DNA of 64,000 bases from an uncultured bacterium (GTDB lineage: Bacteria > Vulcanimicrobiota > Xenobia > Xenobiales > Xenobiaceae). The notes under the pieces are model-generated. The model did no database searches, was not told the DNA's origin, and worked only from the letters and a program-made list of their open reading frames with translations. Position 1 is the stretch's first letter. Every line of letters begins with the position of its first letter. The stretch covers positions 6,313 to 70,312 of the forward strand of contig CAKUBG010000011.1 in the NCBI GenBank assembly GCA_934636825.1, written 5' to 3'. The translations under genes were made by a program, and so were the position numbers. Below are positions 56,049 through 64,000 of this stretch, piece after piece.

Positions 56049-57386
56049 ATGTTTGAATCTCTTTCAGAGCGGCTTAATGACATTTTCAAAAAGATATCAG
56101 GCCGCGGAAAGCTTTCAGAAGAAGACGTAAACGAAGCTCTGCGGGAAGTGCGTCGCGCCCTCCTGGAAGCTGACGTGAGTCTTCCTGTAGTAAAAGAGTT
56201 TATCTCCAACATACGTGAGCGTGCAGTCGGTGAAGAGCTCATTAAGAGCATGACTCCGGCTCAACAAGTGATCAGATATGTACGCGACGAGCTCATTTCT
56301 CTCATGGGCGGCGAAGCGGCTAAGCTCACTTTTGCCTCGAAAGCTCCGACCGTTTTTATGGTTTGTGGTCTCAACGGTGCTGGTAAAACTACCAGCGCTG
56401 CCAAGTTGGCCTCTTACTTGAGAGGTTCCGGCCATCATCCTCTACTGGCTGCCACCGACGTATACAGACCAGCAGCTATTCAACAGCTCGAGGTCTTGGC
56501 TAAACAGATCAGCGTTCCCGTTTTCAAATTGGAAGGTTGCCAGGATCCGGTAGAAATTACTTCCGAAGCTGTAGCCAAAGCCAAAGATTTAGGCAGAGAC
56601 GTGGTCATTATTGACACCGCCGGCCGCTTGAATATTGACAGTGAGCTGATGGAAGAGCTTAAGAAACAGCGCGATGCCGTCTCTCCAGATGAGATTTTGT
56701 TAGTAGTCGATGCCATGACTGGTCAGGACGCTGTCAATGTTGCTCGAGATTTTAACGATCTTTTGGGCATTACCGGTGTGATTATGACCAAACTGGACGG
56801 AGACGCCCGCGGCGGTGCAGCTATTTCCGTGCGTAAAGTTACCGGTGCTCCTCTCAAATTTGTGGGTACCAGTGAGCGTCTCAGTGGCTTGGAGCCCTTC
56901 CACCCCGACCGTATGGCCGGTCGCATTTTGGGTATGGGTGATGTTCTCAGCCTTATAGAAAAAGCCGAACAGACTCTGGATAAAGAAAAAGCTCAAGAGC
57001 TTTCCGAAAGACTTAAACAGAACAAATTCGACTTAAACGATCTCTTAGATCAGATGCAGCAGATTCGCCGCATGGGACCTATTAAAGATATTATTAAAAT
57101 GCTGCCCGGAGTGGGCCGTGCTTTGGATGATATTCCCATCGGCGAGAAGGAAATCAGACGCGTCGAGTCTATTATTCTTTCTATGACCCCCAAAGAGAGG
57201 CGCAATCCCGAGATTCTTGACGCCTCCCGCAAACGTCGTATAGCCAAAGGCTCAGGTAGCGACGTAGCTGCCGTCAATGCTATTCTCAAGCAATACAACG
57301 AGCTGAGAAAGTTCATGAAGAGCATAGGCGGTTTGGCTAAGGGTAAGAAAGGCAGGAAGCTAGGCTTCTTTAGGCTTCCTTTCTAA
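56049..57386 (+). CDS. ffh: Signal recognition particle protein Ffh
   Basis: MFESLSERL start, GLNGAGKTTSAAKLA, DTAGRL, TKLDGDARGGAA, and a Met-rich M-domain. Confidence 0.93.
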   Translation: MFESLSERLNDIFKKISGRGKLSEEDVNEALREVRRALLEADVSLPVVKEFISNIRERAVGEELIKSMTPAQQVIRYVRDELISLMGGEAAKLTFASKAPTVFMVCGLNGAGKTTSAAKLASYLRGSGHHPLLAATDVYRPAAIQQLEVLAKQISVPVFKLEGCQDPVEITSEAVAKAKDLGRDVVIIDTAGRLNIDSELMEELKKQRDAVSPDEILLVVDAMTGQDAVNVARDFNDLLGITGVIMTKLDGDARGGAAISVRKVTGAPLKFVGTSERLSGLEPFHPDRMAGRILGMGDVLSLIEKAEQTLDKEKAQELSERLKQNKFDLNDLLDQMQQIRRMGPIKDIIKMLPGVGRALDDIPIGEKEIRRVESIILSMTPKERRNPEILDASRKRRIAKGSGSDVAAVNAILKQYNELRKFMKSIGGLAKGKKGRKLGFFRLPF

Positions 57387-57547
57387 GACTGCCTCTAAGG
57401 CCGGTTCCTTCTCTGCCGGTCTTACGCAGCACAAGTTTTAGCGCTTCAGCAAAAGCGCCCATAAGGTTTCTGTCGAAATAGTCTTTCACTTCGGAAAAGA
57501 TAATTCGGCGGGTTTAAGAGCGAAAATTCTTCGCCGAGCACAGACTC

Positions 57548-57575
57548 TTGACTTCCGCCGGGAGAGTGCTGAAAT
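57548..57575 (+). promoter_or_regulatory. Possible sigma-70 promoter for the rpsP operon
   Basis: TTGACT (57548-57553), a 16-nt spacer, then TGAAAT (57570-57575). The -10 element matches only 4 of 6 positions. Confidence 0.3.
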
Positions 57576-57626
57576 TTCACTAACAATTGCTAATAGCAGA
57601 TAATCACCACAGGAGGCACCCCATCA

Positions 57627-57944
57627 ATGGTACGCATTAGACTTCGTAGAGTAGGACGCAAGAAACAGGCTAGCTACCGCATCGTAGCTGCTGACGCTAG
57701 ATGTCCCCGCGACGGTCGTTTCATTGAGATTCTTGGGCACTACAACCCTCGCACCAATCCCCCCACAGTCGTTATGAAATCCGACCGCGTCAAGGCCTGG
57801 CTCTCTAACGGCGCCCAGCCTACCGACTCCGTCCGCGGCTTGCTCGTAAGCAGCGGTTTGTGGAAGGAATTCTACGGTACCGATTACGTTTATCCCGCTC
57901 CTAAGGCTGCAGAGGCTAAGGAAGAAGCTGCTCCCGAAGCCTAG
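57627..57944 (+). CDS. rpsP: 30S ribosomal protein S16
   Basis: MVRIRLRRVGRKKQASYRIVAADARCPRDGRFIEILGHYNP is the canonical S16 N-terminus. RBS aggagg. Confidence 0.92.
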   Translation: MVRIRLRRVGRKKQASYRIVAADARCPRDGRFIEILGHYNPRTNPPTVVMKSDRVKAWLSNGAQPTDSVRGLLVSSGLWKEFYGTDYVYPAPKAAEAKEEAAPEA

Positions 57945-58004
57945 TATTTTCCCCACTCCTTTTACTGCAAAGTAAGAGTTTTTGTTGAGGAGAGGAGAGT
58001 CGCC

Positions 58005-58232
58005 ATGAAAGGCTTGCTGGAGTATCTGGCCCGCCAACTCGTCGATTGTCCCGATCAGGTTGAAGTCCGTGAGCTTCAAGGAGAGCGCTCAACTATTTTA
58101 GAGTTGAGAGTTGCTCCGGAAGATATGGGCAAGGTTATAGGTCGGCAGGGTAAAACCGCCCAAGCGATCCGTACGCTGGTAAAAGCTGCAGGAACTCGTG
58201 AAGGCAAACGGGTTATGGTGGAAATAATCTAG
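58005..58232 (+). CDS. KH-domain RNA-binding protein (YlqC/UPF0109)
   Basis: MKGLLEYLARQLVDCPDQVEV...GKVIGRQGKTAQAIRTLV contains the KH GxxG motif. It occupies the conserved position between rpsP and rimM. Confidence 0.8.
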   Translation: MKGLLEYLARQLVDCPDQVEVRELQGERSTILELRVAPEDMGKVIGRQGKTAQAIRTLVKAAGTREGKRVMVEII

Positions 58233-58240
58233 TTGGTAAA

Positions 58241-58276
58241 ACCGGCGCCATAATACTTGTGCCGCCGGTTTTTTTT
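58241..58276 (+). terminator. Intra-operon terminator/attenuator hairpin between the KH gene and rimM
   Basis: Arms accggcg (58241-58247) and cgccggt (58263-69), extendable by aaa/ttt, followed by tttttttt. Confidence 0.55.
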
Positions 58277-58294
58277 CTTTTCTAGTAGGTAAAT

Positions 58295-58834
58295 ATGCAA
58301 GAACAGCAGACCAAGGGCCTTAGGCCCCAAGAATTCGTGGCCATTGCCTCTGTTTTGACTTCTTTTGGAGTACGCGGCGAAATAAAAGCTCGTATCTTAA
58401 CTGATTTTCCGGAACGCTTCAAAAAAACTAAAGAAGTTTACTTAGTTGCCAAAAACGGAGAGTACAGCCGTCACACTTTACAAAATTCGCGCTTTCACCA
58501 AAATTATATTTTGTTAAAGCTTAGCGGTATCGATTCTCCAGAAGAGATAGCTCGCTACCGTGATTGGTCAATAAGTGTGACTCCTGACAATTTAGTTCCC
58601 TTGGAAGAAGGCGAATATTGGCACTTCCAGTTGAAGGGACTGAAAGTTGTTGATCAGCATGGTGCATATCGAGGCCGTGTCTTCGATATTTACTCTTATC
58701 CCGGTTGCGATCAATACGCCGTACGTGATGAAGAGGGCCATGAGCTCGTAATACCGGCTGTAGAGCGTTTTATCAAGAAAGTAGATTTAGATAACGGCTG
58801 CCTTATGGTTGAACTCCCCGAAGAGGAAGCTTAA
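58295..58834 (+). CDS. rimM: 16S rRNA processing protein RimM
   Basis: FVAIASVLTSFGVRGEIKARILTDFPERF plus a C-terminal PRC-barrel region. Conserved position upstream of trmD. Confidence 0.85.
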   Translation: MQEQQTKGLRPQEFVAIASVLTSFGVRGEIKARILTDFPERFKKTKEVYLVAKNGEYSRHTLQNSRFHQNYILLKLSGIDSPEEIARYRDWSISVTPDNLVPLEEGEYWHFQLKGLKVVDQHGAYRGRVFDIYSYPGCDQYAVRDEEGHELVIPAVERFIKKVDLDNGCLMVELPEEEA

Positions 58835-59569
58835 ATGCGCCTGGATATTATCACCCTTTTTCCTGAGATGTTTGCTCCGCTGTATACTAGCATTCCCGCT
58901 CGCGCCCAGAAACGTGGTTTAGTAGAGCTGGGATTGGTTGATTTGCGTGCTTACGGAACAGGACGTCACTTTCAAACAGATGATGTTCCTTACGGAGGCG
59001 GCAGCGGTATGGTCATGCAACCCGAGCCTTTGGGGCGAGCTATAGATGACATTCCTAAATCAGCCGAGGGAGCTCATATAATTTATCTCTCCCCTCAAGG
59101 ACAGAGATTGACTCAGAAAAAAGTCGAAGAACTGACCAATTTTCATAAACATATTATTATGATTTGCGGCCACTACGAAGGCATAGACGAGCGTATTTTA
59201 CAAAAGTATGTAGACGAAGAGATTTCCTTGGGAGACTTTGTTATTTCTGGTGGCGAGTTGGCCTCTATGGTGGTGGCCGATGCCATTATAAGACTGGTTC
59301 CTGGGGTGATAGATGCCGATTCAGCCAAAAACGAATCGTTTAGCACCGGAATCTTAGATTACCCTTATTACACCAGGCCTCTAAATTACCAAGGCATGGA
59401 AGTTCCTTCGGTACTTACCAGTGGAGATCATAAAAAGATTGCCAAATGGAGACGTCAGCAAGCTCTTTTAAATACAGCTCGAAAACGTCCCGATTTGCTG
59501 GAAGGTCATAAGCTGACTCAGGAAGAGCAAGAATTTTTGGCCCACTCTTTACCAAAGGAGTCTACCTAA
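58835..59569 (+). CDS. trmD: tRNA (guanine37-N1)-methyltransferase
   Basis: MRLDIITLFPEMF, DDVPYGGGSGMVM, CGHYEGIDERI, SLGDFVISGGELA. The ATG directly abuts the rimM stop. Confidence 0.92.
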   Translation: MRLDIITLFPEMFAPLYTSIPARAQKRGLVELGLVDLRAYGTGRHFQTDDVPYGGGSGMVMQPEPLGRAIDDIPKSAEGAHIIYLSPQGQRLTQKKVEELTNFHKHIIMICGHYEGIDERILQKYVDEEISLGDFVISGGELASMVVADAIIRLVPGVIDADSAKNESFSTGILDYPYYTRPLNYQGMEVPSVLTSGDHKKIAKWRRQQALLNTARKRPDLLEGHKLTQEEQEFLAHSLPKEST

Positions 59570-59589
59570 CTTAACTGTTCTTAATTATT

Positions 59590-60225
59590 AAAAATACCGT
59601 GTGACGCACGGAAATTTACGCTTGTGGAGAGTGCGTAGGCGCTGTTGCTCCTTAGAACAACAATGCTGCTCTCGTAGAAACAAGAAGCCCCCGCCTATGT
59701 GTAAGGGAGCGCGTTCATTCTAAGTGGGCTTCTGATAAGCCCGCCAAAAAGTAGGCAGTTTTAGCCCATTTTTTTGACACTTTCCCTATTTTCACACAGG
59801 GAGAGCGTGTATAAGCGGAGTTACAAAAGGAGGAAATTTCCTTTTTGGCTCCGGTCTGCTGCCTCCACAGTTTAGCCTGTCCAAAAGGGCTTATCTATTG
59901 ATTTTTTTAGCCCCGTCTGGTAAAATATTCGAGTTCTGCTGTAGGCTGTTTTTAGGTCAGCTTAAGCCTGCCGTATTGGTGCGGATAAGGTTGGCAGGAC
60001 GTATTTAGTCAGCGTTGAACCCGCTCGGCGAGTACCGTGAGACACACGGGAATCTACGCTTGAGTAGAGCGGCTGTCAGTTTTCCTCCGCGAGAGAAGAG
60101 GAAACGTTGCCGTTCGTTGAGCCAGTAATTCCCCTGGTTTCAGCCGTGGGGAGTGTCAATTGTGAGCAGGCTATAGCCAACAGGGATAGTATCCCCCAGA
60201 GGCAAGCAAGATTCGTTAAGAGAAG
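59590..60225 (+). promoter_or_regulatory. ORF-free, hairpin-rich spacer: candidate extended rplS leader and/or unclassified structured RNA
   Basis: No ORF of 60 aa or more lies within 59570-60075 on either strand. A 37-nt direct repeat occurs at 59595-59631 and 60033-60069 (31/37 identical). Several 5-7-bp hairpins are present. GC content is similar to coding DNA rather than AT-rich spacer. Confidence 0.3.
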
Positions 60226-60235
60226 GATATCCACC

Positions 60236-60586
60236 ATGGATCTGATCAAGAGTATTGAGCGCGAGCAAATGAAAAAAGAATTTCCCAGCTTTGGCCCTGG
60301 CGACACCGTAAAGGCTTGGTTGAAGGTTATCGAAGGCGGAAAAGAGCGCTTCCAGGCTTTCGAAGGCGTTTGCATCAAGAGAGGCAACTCCGGTCTTAAA
60401 GAGAGTTTCACTCTTCGCAAAATTTCCGGCGGTGTAGGCGTAGAGAGAACCATTTTGGTGCACAGCCCCCGCTTAGACAGAGTAGAAGTTATTCGTCACG
60501 GCGCCGTACGCCGCGCTCGTTTGTTCTACCTCCGCGACCTCGTTGGTAAGAAGGCTCGCGTAAAAGAGAGACGTGTAAACCGCTAA
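60236..60586 (+). CDS. rplS: 50S ribosomal protein L19
   Basis: L19 similarity begins at [25 protein letters not shown], with ATG at 60236 and RBS agaagga 8 nt upstream. The 43-codon upstream extension in the ORF track has no L19 similarity. Confidence 0.9.
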   Translation: MDLIKSIEREQMKKEFPSFGPGDTVKAWLKVIEGGKERFQAFEGVCIKRGNSGLKESFTLRKISGGVGVERTILVHSPRLDRVEVIRHGAVRRARLFYLRDLVGKKARVKERRVNR

Positions 60587-60633
60587 TTCCCCCACATTCT
60601 GGTAGGGATTGCCAAGTTTTGCCAACATCAATG

Positions 60634-60682
60634 CCGCAGAGAGTGGAGAGAGTTTTCCCGCCGTTCGCTGCGGTATTTTTTT
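60634..60682 (+). terminator. Probable terminator after rplS
   Basis: ccgcag (60634-60639) pairs with ctgcgg (60668-60673), followed by tattttttt. The loop is large. Confidence 0.45.
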
Positions 60683-60810
60683 GTGAAGTAAAGCTCCATC
60701 GTCAAGTCAAGAAACACTCTGCATAGCTGAAAAATTAGCCGCAGGGTGTTTTTATTTTGGGTGCGAAGCTGTACTTCTCAAGTAGTCAAATATGAGTGAA
60801 GGTTTTTCCC

Positions 60811-61416
60811 ATGAAAGAAGGGCTGTTACTTTCTATACTTTACTTTTTAGTTGCTATCAGAATAGCGATTACTGTATTTAATAAGAAAATATCTGCCACT
60901 TGGAAAAGTGTAATAAAAGAATATCTTGATTCTTTTATAGTAGCCGGTGTTGTCGCTTTGTTGCTTATCTCTTATGTAGTTCGCAGCTTCTATATTCCCT
61001 CAGAATCGATGCTGCCAACTCTTAAAGTGAATGACTACATTTTAGTCAACCGCTTTATCTACAAAATGGCCCTTCCCTCTCGCGGCGAAATTATCGTTTT
61101 CCATCCTCCCCATGTGAAAGATCCCGCCAATACCGATTTCATTAAACGCGTAGTTGCTTTAGAAAATGATGTGGTAGAAGTAGCTGACGGAGTTCTCTAC
61201 TTAAACGGTATCCCTATGGATGAGCCTTTTATAAAAGAACCTATCGATGCAGATTTCCCCGCTTACCGTGTCCCTAAAGGCCATGTCTTTGTTATGGGAG
61301 ACAATCGCAATAATTCAGACGATTCCAGATATTGGGGCCCGCTACCCTTAGAAAATATTGTCGGTAAGGCCTTCGTTATTTTTTCTCCACTTTCTCGTAT
61401 AGGTTGGCTTAAATAA
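60811..61416 (+). CDS. lepB: Signal peptidase I
   Basis: IPSESMLPTL (catalytic Ser), DFIKRVVAL (Lys), GDNRNNSDDSRYWG. ATG at 60811; the ORF-track GTG lies 5 codons upstream. Confidence 0.85.
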   Translation: MKEGLLLSILYFLVAIRIAITVFNKKISATWKSVIKEYLDSFIVAGVVALLLISYVVRSFYIPSESMLPTLKVNDYILVNRFIYKMALPSRGEIIVFHPPHVKDPANTDFIKRVVALENDVVEVADGVLYLNGIPMDEPFIKEPIDADFPAYRVPKGHVFVMGDNRNNSDDSRYWGPLPLENIVGKAFVIFSPLSRIGWLK

Positions 61417-61469
61417 TCACAACTACATCTGCGTGCTAAAAGACAAGGTATCAAGGAGAGGATTTTTCC

Positions 61470-62393
61470 ATGGAAGAAAATGCTTCCACACAAAAACAAA
61501 GAGGTTTTTCCTGGTTTCCCGGCCATATGCGCAAAGCGCTGCGTCAGTTGGAAGAGAGCCTGAATTTGGCTGATATTGTTCTTTTGGTAATGGATGCCCG
61601 CATACCGGCATCTTCTCGCCAGCCAGATTTGGAAGAGATATTGCAGCGCAAGCACAAAGAACTGATCTTTGTTTTAAATAAAACAGACTTAGCTGAAGAA
61701 GCGGAAACAAAAAAATGGTTAGCTTGGTTTAAAGCCAACAACTTGGCCGCTGTAGCTATGCGTTCTACCGCAGGCAAAGGAGCCGGCCCTTTGGAAGGAG
61801 CCATTGCTCGTTTGCGTCGCGGCGTAGAAGAAAAACGCTCTGCTAAAGGTTTGCGCCCTCGCGATCCGCGTTTGGTAGTCGCTGGCATACCCAATGTAGG
61901 CAAATCGTCTTTGTTAAACAGACTAGCAGGCGCCAACCGTGCCAAAACCGGAGCCAAGCCGGGAGTAACTAGAGGCAGCCAGTGGGTAGCTGTACCCAGC
62001 CATTGGCAAATATTAGACTCTCCAGGTATCCTCTATCCTCGCATAGATACTGTTGAAACTTTAACGGCCTTAGCGGCAGCTAGTTGTGTACGTCACGATG
62101 CTATTCCTCTGGAAATGGTAGGCGGCTTGCTGTTGGAGCGCTTGTGGAATAAGCGCAAGATAAAAAACTTAGTTCCGGATAATTTGGCTAAAAAATGGGA
62201 AGTCCAAGAACGCCTTTTACCGGAGCAAATGCTTATAGATCTGGCGCAAGCCAAAAACTTCTCCTTAAATAGCCAAGAAGCAGATTTGCCACGTTGCGCT
62301 CGTTTTGTGCTAAAGGCTTTTGCTCAAGGCGAAGTTGGCCCCATCACTTTGGAGGCCGCTCCTCCGCTCCCTTCTTTAAGTGAGCAAGCTTAG
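61470..62393 (+). CDS. rbgA: Ribosome biogenesis GTPase A (YlqF/RbgA), circularly permuted
   Basis: Permuted G-motif order: NKTDL (G4), then GIPNVGKSSLLN (G1), then DSPG (G3). FPGHM near the N-terminus. Confidence 0.85.
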   Translation: MEENASTQKQRGFSWFPGHMRKALRQLEESLNLADIVLLVMDARIPASSRQPDLEEILQRKHKELIFVLNKTDLAEEAETKKWLAWFKANNLAAVAMRSTAGKGAGPLEGAIARLRRGVEEKRSAKGLRPRDPRLVVAGIPNVGKSSLLNRLAGANRAKTGAKPGVTRGSQWVAVPSHWQILDSPGILYPRIDTVETLTALAAASCVRHDAIPLEMVGGLLLERLWNKRKIKNLVPDNLAKKWEVQERLLPEQMLIDLAQAKNFSLNSQEADLPRCARFVLKAFAQGEVGPITLEAAPPLPSLSEQA

Positions 62394-62505
62394 ATATGGT
62401 AGTTATTACCACAAATTTTTAAACTTATAGGTCGGGTCGCTTTTTTTCAAAAGGAGCGGCCCTTTTCCATATTTTTCAGGCCAATACAGTTAGAAAGGAA
62501 TAGCT

Positions 62506-63264
62506 ATGCCTCGCATTTCCCTACATTCTGTTCTTCAGACTCTGCCTGTAGGCTCTTCTTATGAAGAGAGTCTCAAAATTATGCCTCAGGCTGAAAAATG
62601 GCTCACTAAAGAGAAAAAACGCCTTGAGCAAATGTATGCTTTTCAAGAAAGTTTTTGGCCTATAAATAGCGGAGCTGGCTGTGATGAAGTGGGACGCGGC
62701 CCTTTAGCAGGCCCTTTAGTGGCTGCAGCCGTTATCATCCCTAAACATACTTGGATTCCCGGCCTAAACGACTCCAAAAAACTCAGCGAAGAAGTGCGCG
62801 AATTGTTAGTTCCTTGGATAAAAAAATTGACCAATTGGTCTATTTGTGAGATTTCTTTAGCAGAATTAGATGAAATAAACAATATTAACAGCAGCTCACT
62901 CTTAGCTATGCACCGCTCTTTAGACAAACTCAACCCCAAAGCCGAGTTTGTTTTTATTGATGGTCGCTCAGAAATGCCTAATTGTCCTGTGCCACAAGCA
63001 GCTCTTATCAAAGGTGACTCCCGTATTCCGGCCATTGCCGCCGCTTCTATTATTGCTAAAGTTTATCGAGATCACTTACTAGACGAAGCCCACAACCAAT
63101 GGCCACAATATCAATTTAAAGAGAATAAAGGTTACGGCACTGCTGCTCATATGCAAGCTTTGCATAAATTCGGCCCTTGTCCTTACCACCGACGCAGTTT
63201 TGCTCCCATTAAGCAACTTCTAGAGTCATCTCAAGCTCTTCCCGAACAAGCCGTTCTATTTTAA
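62506..63264 (+). CDS. rnhB: Ribonuclease HII
   Basis: GCDEVGRGPLAGPLVAAAV, DSKKLS, IDG, KGDS...AAASIIAKV, GYG. The N-terminal roughly 45 aa may be an over-extension. Confidence 0.88.
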   Translation: MPRISLHSVLQTLPVGSSYEESLKIMPQAEKWLTKEKKRLEQMYAFQESFWPINSGAGCDEVGRGPLAGPLVAAAVIIPKHTWIPGLNDSKKLSEEVRELLVPWIKKLTNWSICEISLAELDEINNINSSSLLAMHRSLDKLNPKAEFVFIDGRSEMPNCPVPQAALIKGDSRIPAIAAASIIAKVYRDHLLDEAHNQWPQYQFKENKGYGTAAHMQALHKFGPCPYHRRSFAPIKQLLESSQALPEQAVLF

Positions 63265-63290
63265 AAAGTATAACAAAAAATAGCCCTTCC

Positions 63291-63319
63291 TTCCCAAGTT
63301 TCTGTAGCTATGGTATAAT
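63291..63319 (+). promoter_or_regulatory. Possible extended -10 promoter for the recombinase gene
   Basis: TTCCCA, a 17-nt spacer ending in TGG, then TATAAT (63314-63319). Confidence 0.35.
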
Positions 63320-63361
63320 TTTAGAGCTTTTTGCAGCTGCTAAAGTGAGGATTTTGTGAAT

Positions 63362-64000
63362 ATGACTGAGCAAACCGGCCAAGCTTCTGAGCGTTCAAAA
63401 TCGTCTCAAGCTAGTTTAGAAAAAGCGCGCAACTGGTATATAGATGATTTTGTGCGCTACATTACCGTAGAACGCAACTTAGCTAAACGCACCGTTATTG
63501 AATATCACGACGATCTAGCCATATTCTTAAAATATTTTCAGCCTCTCTTCGAAGATGGTCTCACTTTAGGGTCAATCGACATAAATACTATTAGTGACTT
63601 TTTAGCCGATTTAAAGCTCAACCACAACTACGAAGCTTCCAGTTTAAATCGCAAAATTGCCTGTTTAAAAAGCTATTTCAGCTTCTTAGAATTGTATGGC
63701 TATATCCCCGATTCACCTATGGACAAGTTCAAAAGCGTCAAAGAAGGACGCGTCTTGCCTAAAGTGCTCAGTCAAGATGACGTAAGCAAAATTTTAGCTT
63801 ATGCCCACAGTCAATCTGATCCGGGTGGAGATTGGAAAGCCTACCGCAATACAGCCATTTTGGAGTTATTTTACGCTACAGGCATGCGCTTAGCCGAGCT
63901 TACCAGCTTAAATTTGTCTGATCTTAATTTTGATGACTATTCGATACGTATTACCGGTAAAGGTAACAAACAGCGTATTGTCTTTATGAATCAAAGCTCT
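63362..64000 (+). CDS. XerC/XerD-family tyrosine recombinase (3'-truncated by window edge)
   Basis: My own translation gives MTEQTGQASERSK...FVRYITVERNLAKRTVIEYHDDL (phage-integrase SAM-like N-domain) and then RNTAILELFYATGMRLAELTSL...ITGKGNKQRIV, which holds the first catalytic Arg and Lys region. The frame is open to nt 64000. An in-frame GTG at 63356 is also possible as the start. Confidence 0.8.
   Translation, partial: MTEQTGQASERSKSSQASLEKARNWYIDDFVRYITVERNLAKRTVIEYHDDLAIFLKYFQPLFEDGLTLGSIDINTISDFLADLKLNHNYEASSLNRKIACLKSYFSFLELYGYIPDSPMDKFKSVKEGRVLPKVLSQDDVSKILAYAHSQSDPGGDWKAYRNTAILELFYATGMRLAELTSLNLSDLNFDDYSIRITGKGNKQRIVFMNQSS

Noticed and set aside
60107-60235. 43-codon N-terminal extension of the rplS ORF given in the ORF track.
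   Set aside because: L19 similarity starts at the internal Met (60236), which has a proper RBS. The extension overlaps the structured leader and has no protein-like conservation features.

Overview
Bacterial chromosomal window, about 45-50% GC by eye, densely coding, with no rRNA, tRNA, CRISPR array or transposase. Most of it is housekeeping. It holds mfd (5'-truncated by the window edge), a folate pair (cyclodeaminase-folD), prfC, hemL, rdgB, a nupC-type transporter, a UvrD/PcrA helicase, rlmD, tatA and RNase G/E. A Firmicutes/Terrabacteria-style block runs ffh-rpsP-KH-rimM-trmD-rplS-lepB-ylqF-rnhB-xer, with the xer gene 3'-truncated. Five things stand out. (1) 42.7-51.0 kb is a Ser/Thr phospho-signalling cluster: a protease-like/TM/FHA protein, a Fic protein, a Hanks kinase, a small FHA protein and an orphan 306-aa protein. 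It sits beside a ClpB-like AAA+ ATPase that lacks the M-domain and ends in 23 tandem GGYPQQQ heptads (a 21-nt in-frame DNA repeat) plus a Pro-rich tail. (2) 27.9-30.3 kb is an AT-rich island with a GATC-type R-M system: a MutH/Sau3AI-like nuclease, a Dam-like methylase and a beta-class methylase. (3) There is a tandem-duplicated, fused Amj-like (lipid II flippase family) membrane protein. (4) An EamA-like / radical SAM / MMPL exporter operon is present. (5) A roughly 660-nt ORF-free, hairpin-rich spacer with a 37-nt direct repeat lies between trmD and rplS. All functional calls come from motif recognition by eye; no database searches were run.
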